This document shows, in pieces, positions 1 to 5,890 of a stretch of 25,701 bases of DNA; position 1 is the stretch's first letter; each line of letters opens with the position of its first letter. The notes under the pieces were generated by a model. It was not told the DNA's origin. It ran no database searches and was given only the letters and a program-made list of their open reading frames with translations. The stretch is taken from IMG/VR virus record IMGVR_UViG_3300044491_000733, positions 1 through 25,701 of that record; one strand, 5' to 3'. Source of the stretch: a virus (Duplodnaviria > Caudoviricetes). The translations under genes and the position numbers were made by a program.

Positions 1-123
1 CACTTAATAGATACCCGTGGTGGGTATAAGGCACTTAAATTAGCTCAAGAATTACAGGGCGACGAAAAGGCACAAAAATACTTGAAGGAATCGTTGGTTA
101 ATATTATCAGCGGCCTTCGCTAA
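1..123 (+). CDS. 3' end of a probable prohead protease (gp21-like), truncated by the window edge
   Basis: Frame 1 is open from base 1 to TAA at 121-123 (HLIDTRGGYKALKLAQELQGDEKAQKYLKESLVNIISGLR*). It lies directly upstream of the scaffold and capsid genes, matching the T4-like gp21-gp22-gp23 order. The product call rests mainly on synteny. Confidence 0.65.
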   Translation, partial: HLIDTRGGYKALKLAQELQGDEKAQKYLKESLVNIISGLR

Positions 124-137
124 CAAGGAGAAAATAA

Positions 138-1238
138 ATGTTAGATGCACTGAAAGCACTCTTTGAAAATAACGCTATTTCAGAAGACATCAGACAAGAA
201 ATTGAGGAAGCATGGAATGCTCGAGTTCAAGAGAACAAGATGCATGCCACAGCTGAACTCCGTGAGGAATTTGCTCAAAAGTACGAGCATGATAAGCATA
301 CAATGGTAGAAGCTATTGATAAAATGCTTGAAGAAAGACTTGCGGAAGAAATCACTGAATTCGCCGATGATCGCCAAAAGTTAGCTGAAGCTAGAGCAAA
401 ATATGCAGTAGCAATGCGTGAGAACGCAGACCTAATGAAAAGTTTTGTTGTAGATCAACTATCTAAAGAAATTGGAGAGCTTCACGAAGATCAGCAAGCA
501 ATGGCTAGCAAGTTTAATAAACTTGAAGAGTTCATTGTAGATTCTTTGTCTAATGAAATCGCAGAATTTTATGAAGATAAAAAAGATTTAGCAGAAACGA
601 AAGTACGTTTAGTACGTGAAGCTAAAACACATCTAGCTAAAGTTAAGAAAGAGTTTATCTCCGGCGCAACAAAACTAGTTGTAGAAACAGTTGACAAAGG
701 TTTGAAGAAAGAAATCAGTCAGCTTAAGGAAGACATTGATGCGGCACGTGAAAACGACTTTGGCCGTAAATTGTTTGAAGCATTCAGCAACGAATACCAA
801 AACAGTTACCTCAATGAGAAATCTGAAACAGCAAAACTAATAAAAGTAGTTGAGTTGAAAGATAAGCAATTAGCTGAAGCTAAAAAAGAAGCTGTAGAAA
901 AGGCAACTCTAGTTGAAAGCAAAGACGCTGAAATTAGATCTGCTAAAAATGCAGCACACAGAAAAGAAGTTATGAATGAACTATTGGGTCCACTTAACAA
1001 TGACCAAAGAGAGATCATGTCAGACTTGCTGGAATCTGTACAGACTGAAAGACTACACAAGTCTTTTGAAAAGTACATGCCTAGCGTAATAGCAGGAAAC
1101 ACCCCAGCGAAGGATAGCAAGGCAACACTTACCGAAGGCACACAAATCACAGGCAATAAACAAATTAATGACATGGCTGCAAGCTCAAGTTCTACAGATA
1201 ATGTTGTAGATCTAAGAAGACTTGCAGGATTGAAATAA
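138..1238 (+). CDS. gp22: Prohead core / scaffolding protein (T4 gp22-like)
   Basis: 366-aa E/K/A-rich predicted coiled-coil with AAGGAG RBS at 125-130, immediately upstream of the major capsid gene. It has several L/I-x-E motifs of the kind cut by T4-type prohead proteases. Confidence 0.8.
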   Translation: MLDALKALFENNAISEDIRQEIEEAWNARVQENKMHATAELREEFAQKYEHDKHTMVEAIDKMLEERLAEEITEFADDRQKLAEARAKYAVAMRENADLMKSFVVDQLSKEIGELHEDQQAMASKFNKLEEFIVDSLSNEIAEFYEDKKDLAETKVRLVREAKTHLAKVKKEFISGATKLVVETVDKGLKKEISQLKEDIDAARENDFGRKLFEAFSNEYQNSYLNEKSETAKLIKVVELKDKQLAEAKKEAVEKATLVESKDAEIRSAKNAAHRKEVMNELLGPLNNDQREIMSDLLESVQTERLHKSFEKYMPSVIAGNTPAKDSKATLTEGTQITGNKQINDMAASSSSTDNVVDLRRLAGLK

Positions 1239-1248
1239 GGAGAAAATT

Positions 1249-2412
1249 ATGTCAGAACTACTAGAAAGTCGCTGGCAGGATACAAAAAGTGCACTTCTTG
1301 AAGGCCTAGACGGCAACAAGAAAGCTGTTATGGGTGTTACACTAGAAAATACTAAAAAGTATTTGGCAGAGACAGCTACAGCAGGTGCTTCATCTGCAGG
1401 TAATGTTGCTACACTAAACAGAGTTATCCTTCCGGTAATCAGACGTGTTATGCCGACTGTAATCGCTAACGAATTAGTTGGTGTACAGCCGATGACAGGT
1501 CCAGTGGGTCAAATCCACACACTAAGAGTACGCTACAGTGACACTTTTGACAGTGCTACTGCTGGTGAAGAAGCTCTATCACCATTCAAAATTGCTGAAG
1601 GGTATTCAGGTAACGCAAGTACTAATGCGGCTGATGCTACTGCAGCACTTGAAGGTACAGCTGGTAAGCGTTTAAGCATCCAGATCTTAAAGCAAACAGT
1701 CGAAGCAAAAACCAGAAAGCTATCAGCTAGATGGACTTTTGAAGCGGCTCAAGATGCTCAAGCTCAACAGGGCATTGACATTGAAGCAGAGATCATGGCA
1801 GCACTAGCGCAAGAAATTACTGCTGAAATTGATCAAGAGATCCTAGCATCTCTACGTAGCTTGGCTGGTACAGCTCAAGAAACATACGATCAAGCCGCAG
1901 TAAGTGGTACAGCTACTTTTGTTGGTGACGAGCATGCAGCTCTTGCTGTTCAGATCAACAAAGTTGCTAACAACATTGCAGCTAGAACACGTCGTGGCGC
2001 AGGTAACTACGCAGTGGTATCACCATTTGCGTTAACAATCCTACAGTCTGCGACAACTTCTGCGTTTGCACGTACAACTGAAGGCACATTCGAAGCACCA
2101 ACAAACACTAAAATGGTTGGTACATTGAACGGCGCAATGAAAGTATACGTTGATGCATATGCTGCAGACAGCACAGGCGTTCTTGTTGGATACAAAGGTT
2201 CAAGCGAATCAGACGCACCAGCGTTCTACGCTCCTTATATCCCACTAATGTCAAGTGGCGTTGTACTTGATCCATCAACATTTGAGCCAGTCGTATCATT
2301 TATGACACGTTATGGCTATGTTGAGCTATCAAATGTTGCTTCTTCACTAGGTAATGCGGCAGACTACTTAGGTCTTGTTGCTATTACTAATGGTAATGTA
2401 AGCTTCAAATAA
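1249..2412 (+). CDS. gp23: Major capsid protein (T4 gp23 family)
   Basis: gp23 motifs: LPVIRRVMPTVIANELVGVQPMTGPVGQIHTLR, KQTVEAKTRKLSARWTFEAAQDAQAQQGIDIEAE, EITAEIDQEI, FYAPYIPL, FEPVVSFMTRYG. AAGGAG RBS; followed by a terminator. Confidence 0.96.
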   Translation: MSELLESRWQDTKSALLEGLDGNKKAVMGVTLENTKKYLAETATAGASSAGNVATLNRVILPVIRRVMPTVIANELVGVQPMTGPVGQIHTLRVRYSDTFDSATAGEEALSPFKIAEGYSGNASTNAADATAALEGTAGKRLSIQILKQTVEAKTRKLSARWTFEAAQDAQAQQGIDIEAEIMAALAQEITAEIDQEILASLRSLAGTAQETYDQAAVSGTATFVGDEHAALAVQINKVANNIAARTRRGAGNYAVVSPFALTILQSATTSAFARTTEGTFEAPTNTKMVGTLNGAMKVYVDAYAADSTGVLVGYKGSSESDAPAFYAPYIPLMSSGVVLDPSTFEPVVSFMTRYGYVELSNVASSLGNAADYLGLVAITNGNVSFK

Positions 2413-2425
2413 GCGACACCGAATT

Positions 2426-2454
2426 AAAATAGGCCCTACGGGGCCTATTTTTTT
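2426..2454 (+). terminator. Rho-independent terminator after the capsid gene
   Basis: AAAATAGGCCC-TACG-GGGCCTATTTT then TTT: perfect 11-bp stem, C(UACG)G tetraloop, U-tract. Confidence 0.92.
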
Positions 2455-2467
2455 GACTAAATTTTCT

Positions 2468-2498
2468 GGTTGACTTTTTGTTTCAAATAAGGTATAAA
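2468..2498 (+). promoter_or_regulatory. Sigma70-type (early/host RNAP) promoter for the speD-like gene
   Basis: TTGACT (2470-2475), 17 nt, TATAAA (2493-2498). The same GGTTGACTTT 10-mer recurs at 3180-3189. Confidence 0.65.
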
Positions 2499-2500
2499 CA

Positions 2501-2507
2501 ATAAATA
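2501..2507 (+). promoter_or_regulatory. T4 late-promoter-like box (ATAAATA)
   Basis: Matches the last 7 nt of the T4 late consensus TATAAATA; 11 nt upstream of the speD ATG, which has no Shine-Dalgarno. Confidence 0.45.
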
Positions 2508-2518
2508 AACTTTAATTT

Positions 2519-2890
2519 ATGAAACATAAACATTTAATAGTACGAGCAGAAGTAAGTAATCCTCCAATATACGAACAGACTATTACTGATTGGGCTTCTA
2601 ATTTAATTAGAGACATTGGTATGAAGATTATGATGGGACCTTATGTTAAGTATTGTGATATGGAAGGTAACAAAGGATTTACTTGTGTTACTATTATCGA
2701 AACATCACATGTAGCAATACACATATGGGACGAACAATCTCCAAAATTAATGCAATTAGATGTCTATACTTGTGGAGAGTTAGACACACGAATAGTATTT
2801 GATGCGTTAGATAAGTTTGATCCAGTAAAGATTGATTTCAAATATTTGGACAGAGAAAACGAATTTATTCAAGTACTAGATACTAAATAA
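2519..2890 (+). CDS. speD: S-adenosylmethionine decarboxylase proenzyme family (pyruvoyl-dependent decarboxylase; substrate uncertain)
   Basis: 123 aa with the class 1B AdoMetDC pattern: N-terminal KHLI, GFTCVTIIETSHVAIHIWDE (cf. G.S...L.ESHISIHTWPE) and LDVYTCG. Confidence 0.85.
   Translation: MKHKHLIVRAEVSNPPIYEQTITDWASNLIRDIGMKIMMGPYVKYCDMEGNKGFTCVTIIETSHVAIHIWDEQSPKLMQLDVYTCGELDTRIVFDALDKFDPVKIDFKYLDRENEFIQVLDTK
2883..2889 (+). promoter_or_regulatory. T4 late-promoter-like box (CTAAATA) just upstream of the glutamine riboswitch
   Basis: TAAATA core overlapping the end of speD. The expected start at about 2895-2897 is right at the 5' end of the aptamer. Confidence 0.5.
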
Positions 2891-2896
2891 TAATAC

Positions 2897-2946
2897 AACG
2901 TTCAGCCGATATAGGCCGGAAGTAAGCGCAATGCTGAAGGAACGCA
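2897..2946 (+). ncRNA. Glutamine riboswitch (glnA RNA motif, glutamine-I class)
   Basis: CGTTC(2899-2903)-A-GCC-gatata-GGC-CGGAAGTA-AGC-gcaat-GCT-GAAG-GAACG(2940-2944)C. This gives P1 CGUUC/GAACG, P2 GCC/GGC, the conserved GGAAGUA...GAA E-loop and P3 AGC/GCU, matching the glnA three-way junction consensus. Confidence 0.88.
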
Positions 2947-2970
2947 CTTAACTTTAACAAGGAGAGTGTA

Positions 2971-3162
2971 ATGAACAGATACGATCACCTACTTAAATCA
3001 TACCGCGAGCAAAAAATGAGAGAACGCAAGGAAAAGATCCTTATGAAAACTCGTAGCGAAGTAAACGTGTATGGAAATGGTACAAGTGGATATACTGTTA
3101 CAAACGGACCAAATAGTGGTAAAGTTTTGAAACATATATCTGTTAATCATAATAATAATTAA
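2971..3162 (+). CDS. Small basic hypothetical protein (63 aa) downstream of the glutamine riboswitch
   Basis: Strong AAGGAG RBS at 2959-2964; 10 K/R in the first 28 residues; directly follows the aptamer. Confidence 0.75.
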   Translation: MNRYDHLLKSYREQKMRERKEKILMKTRSEVNVYGNGTSGYTVTNGPNSGKVLKHISVNHNNN

Positions 3163-3179
3163 CATTTTGGTAAAATAAA

Positions 3180-3209
3180 GGTTGACTTTATATCTAAAGA
3201 TGTTATATT
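3180..3209 (+). promoter_or_regulatory. Sigma70-type promoter driving the orphan structured RNA
   Basis: TTGACT (3182-3187), 16 nt, TATATT (3204-3209), with an extended -10 TG at 3201-3202 and an A/T-rich upstream tract. Predicted start about 3216. Confidence 0.7.
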
Positions 3210-3215
3210 AAGTAC

Positions 3216-3432
3216 ATAAGCAACAGAAGAGTAATTAACTTTTGTTTATAGTGCAAGGAAGAGGCCTTTACCAGAAGGGTCTAACTTGACTGTCCAGGGG
3301 TGGTACCCAGGCTTGGTAGTAGAAATACGCTGAGTCACATCGCACTAACCCGCGGGGACAGGTTGTACGGTTTTGAAATGGTATTTCGGTCCGTACTTGT
3401 AGGTGTACCCAAGTCCTACCTATTTTGCTTAT
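3216..3432 (+). ncRNA. Putative ~215-nt structured non-coding RNA, family unassigned
   Basis: No ORF in the track; 52% GC over 3251-3420 (88/170 by hand count) against AT-rich flanks. The ends pair (ATAAGCAA 3216-3223 / TTGCTTAT 3425-3432), there are at least five internal helices, and it is bounded by a promoter and a terminator. Confidence 0.75.
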
Positions 3433-3437
3433 ACTTT

Positions 3438-3462
3438 AAAAAGACGCTTCGGCGTCTTTTTT
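3438..3462 (+). terminator. Rho-independent terminator closing the ncRNA
   Basis: AAAAAGACGC-TTCG-GCGTCTTTTT-T: perfect stem with C(UUCG)G tetraloop and U-tract. Confidence 0.92.
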
Positions 3463-3494
3463 CTTGACTTAAAATCCTTTATATTGTATTGATG

Positions 3495-3501
3495 ATAAAT
3501 A
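3495..3501 (+). promoter_or_regulatory. T4 late-promoter-like box (ATAAATA) starting the virion gene cluster
   Basis: Downstream of the terminator and 88 nt upstream of the ATG at 3590. Confidence 0.6.
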
Positions 3502-3589
3502 CTTGTGTCATAGAGAGAACCTCTAAGATGAGGACTTATGCGGTACCCACCGCGTATTACCTAGAACGTAACATAAAAGGAGAAAACAA

Positions 3590-3964
3590 ATGGGACGACC
3601 TATTAATAAAAGAAACTTTGGTGCCTTAGCAGATGGTACAAATATTACAGTAAATGTAAAAGTTGGTGCTAACAGTGCTACAGATCAAGGTGTGATTTTA
3701 TCACAAAGATCAGTAAATAAATTCAACTGCGACGATGATAAAACACTTGGAGGAAACACAGGTGTTTGTACACTTGTTGCTAAAGCAAGTGGATCGCTAG
3801 CCGCTGACGAAATGTCAATTAACGGTATCATTACAGCTGACGGTTCGAGTGTATGGGTAACAAAGTTATATAATAGAACATGCAGAGACGAAAACAACAA
3901 TAGATATACTTGGAGCATCGCAGATGATTCTTCAGTATCTTATCTAGAACTTGTTGCTATCTAA
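3590..3964 (+). CDS. Hypothetical protein, probable virion component (124 aa)
   Basis: AAGGAG RBS, late-type promoter, beta-rich composition, first gene of the structural cluster. Confidence 0.7.
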   Translation: MGRPINKRNFGALADGTNITVNVKVGANSATDQGVILSQRSVNKFNCDDDKTLGGNTGVCTLVAKASGSLAADEMSINGIITADGSSVWVTKLYNRTCRDENNNRYTWSIADDSSVSYLELVAI

Positions 3965-3971
3965 AGGTATT

Positions 3972-4001
3972 TTGTGTAGGGCTTAGGTCCTACACAATTT
4001 T
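3972..4001 (+). terminator. Hairpin after the 124-aa gene (partial terminator or mRNA stabiliser)
   Basis: TTGTGTAGGGC-TTAG-GTCCTACACAA (11 bp, one G-U) followed by only four T. Confidence 0.6.
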
Positions 4002-4015
4002 CAAAGGAACAATAT

Positions 4016-4972
4016 ATGTCAAAAATTTTAAATGTATCAGATAGCAATTACAAAGTAAAAGTAGCAAGTGGTGGAACTATCACCTTTGATACTGGTGCCG
4101 AAGTAGGTACTGTAGTTGTTACAGGTAATATACAAATACAAGGTACTACTACAACAGTTAATTCAGCAGATTTGATAATTGATGACAATATAATTGTTAT
4201 AAACAACGGTGAAACAGGCGCTGGCATTACTCTAAACACTGCCGGAATTCAAATTGATAGAGGTACTGAAGATGATGCCTTTCTTATTTTTGATGAAAAT
4301 ACTACGCACAATGATCCAGTAAGTCAAACTAATAGACCCGGAACATTTATTTTTAAAGATAACAGTAATTCTATTAGAGGTATAAAAACAAACTCAATTA
4401 CTACAGGCGGATCTGACTTATATTTAATTAACGCAGGAACAAATGTTGTAAGTGTTAGCGGAACAGCAGATTATGAAAATCAAGTTACCGACGATGATGA
4501 TTTACCTAATAAAAAGTATGTAGATGATGCTATTACAACAGGTATTCAAACAATTACAATCCAAAGTATTCAACGTGGTGATTCAGCACTTAACTTATAT
4601 GATAGTAGTTTAGACTCTGGAGTTACACCAGACAGTGAGTTTAGAGTTACAATTGACGGAACAATAGTAAGTTCATTCAAATCAGATCAAATTACTCTTG
4701 AAAATGTTAAATTTACCGATAACACAATTAGTACAAATTCTGGCAATTTAATATTGTCAAGTGCTGGAAGTGCTTTTATTGAAGTAGACGGCATATTAAG
4801 AATGCCTTTACAAGAAGATAGTTCTGCTATTGCTAGTGATCCAAGTAAGATATCATTATATGGCAAAGATCCAAACATTGGAAATACAGGCGTTTGGTAT
4901 AAAAACAAATATGACTACGAAGACGAATTGATAAGTACTAATAGATCATTAATGTTTAGTATGTTATTTTAA
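4016..4972 (+). CDS. Virion structural / fibre-like protein (318 aa)
   Basis: T/D/N/I/G-rich. The VTGNIQIQGTTTTVNSADLIIDDNIIVIN...AGIQIDRG and DLPNKKYVDDAI motifs are typical of phage fibre/baseplate-associated proteins. Confidence 0.65.
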   Translation: MSKILNVSDSNYKVKVASGGTITFDTGAEVGTVVVTGNIQIQGTTTTVNSADLIIDDNIIVINNGETGAGITLNTAGIQIDRGTEDDAFLIFDENTTHNDPVSQTNRPGTFIFKDNSNSIRGIKTNSITTGGSDLYLINAGTNVVSVSGTADYENQVTDDDDLPNKKYVDDAITTGIQTITIQSIQRGDSALNLYDSSLDSGVTPDSEFRVTIDGTIVSSFKSDQITLENVKFTDNTISTNSGNLILSSAGSAFIEVDGILRMPLQEDSSAIASDPSKISLYGKDPNIGNTGVWYKNKYDYEDELISTNRSLMFSMLF

Positions 4973-4984
4973 GGAAAGAAAAAG

Positions 4985-5329
4985 ATGGCAATCGTAAATA
5001 AAAAAATACAAACTTCAGACACAACTCTTTTAACAGTACCAAGTGGCAAAAGATATGCTATCACAGCACTAATGGTATGTAATACACAACCTGAAGATAC
5101 AGGTGGAAGCAATGATTCAATGTTTGATATGCATTTTGTTCCATCAGGACAAACAAGAGGCACAGACGACCCTAACGCTAACCAAATTGTTAATAATTTA
5201 AAAGTAGCAGGAGCAGACACATTTTCTTTTGATACTGAAAAGGTTGTTTTAGAAGCCGGAGATTCTATTATTTTATCAGGACAAGCACCAACAAACTTAG
5301 TGTGTACTGTTAGCTATTTGGAAGTTTAA
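4985..5329 (+). CDS. Small virion-associated protein, ~110-aa TVP family, copy 1
   Basis: TTLLTVPSGKRYAITALMVCN...EKVVLEAGDSI...VSYLEV; paralogous to 13812..14141 and 24387..24713. Confidence 0.7.
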   Translation: MAIVNKKIQTSDTTLLTVPSGKRYAITALMVCNTQPEDTGGSNDSMFDMHFVPSGQTRGTDDPNANQIVNNLKVAGADTFSFDTEKVVLEAGDSIILSGQAPTNLVCTVSYLEV

Positions 5330-5331
5330 CG

Positions 5332-5859
5332 ATGAGATTTTTAAAAGCACAAACAACATCTAGAGGAGTTAATGCTGATGCTAAAGGTGTAAATGTTGAT
5401 TCTCTTGGACTAATTAACGCAAATACTGATAAAGCAATGATTGTCCCAACAGGAACAGAAGCACAAAGACCTTTTACACCACAAGAAGGAATGGTTCGAT
5501 ATAATACAGATGCAAGCGAATTTGAAGTTTATCATCAATCTTTTTGGAAGCCAATTAGATTTAGAGAACCAACAGTTATTACTCAACAAAATTTAGGTAA
5601 CGGTGACGGAACAGAAACTGTGTTTGGTCCGTTAAATTCTGGAGATAGTTTTTACCCAGTACCGGTATCACAAAATAATATTCTCGTTACTATTGAAAAT
5701 GTTTTCCAATTAGCAACAACTAACTATACAGTTCAACAAAGCTCAGGTGGAAATTTAAACGGACCTAACGCACCATACGCAGACGGATATTACTTAGTAT
5801 TTGGCAGTGCTGTACCAACAGGCAAAGTTGTACAAGTATTACATAACTTCGACAAGTAA
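5332..5859 (+). CDS. Virion structural protein (175 aa)
   Basis: Contains the VPTGTEAQRP...GMVRYN module shared with the giant proteins, and a GNGDGTETVF...ILVTIENVFQ...Y...LVFGSAVPTG beta domain. Confidence 0.65.
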   Translation: MRFLKAQTTSRGVNADAKGVNVDSLGLINANTDKAMIVPTGTEAQRPFTPQEGMVRYNTDASEFEVYHQSFWKPIRFREPTVITQQNLGNGDGTETVFGPLNSGDSFYPVPVSQNNILVTIENVFQLATTNYTVQQSSGGNLNGPNAPYADGYYLVFGSAVPTGKVVQVLHNFDK

Positions 5860-5865
5860 TAAATA
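5859..5865 (+). promoter_or_regulatory. T4 late-promoter-like box (ATAAATA)
   Basis: Intergenic, 25 nt upstream of the ATG at 5891. Confidence 0.55.
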
Positions 5866-5890
5866 CAAGTAGTAAACTTAGGGGAACTAC

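Noticed and set aside
3216-3432. tRNA, tmRNA, RNase P or hammerhead identity for the orphan RNA
   Set aside because: The 3' hairpin mimics a T-arm but has an 11-nt loop, with no cloverleaf or CCA end. There is no GAGGAAAGUCC RNase P core, no CUGAUGA hammerhead core and no evident tag ORF.
3464-3492. Third sigma70 promoter starting at TTGACT (3464-3469)
   Set aside because: The hexamer at 17-nt spacing is TATTGA, a poor -10. The adjacent ATAAATA late box explains downstream transcription better.
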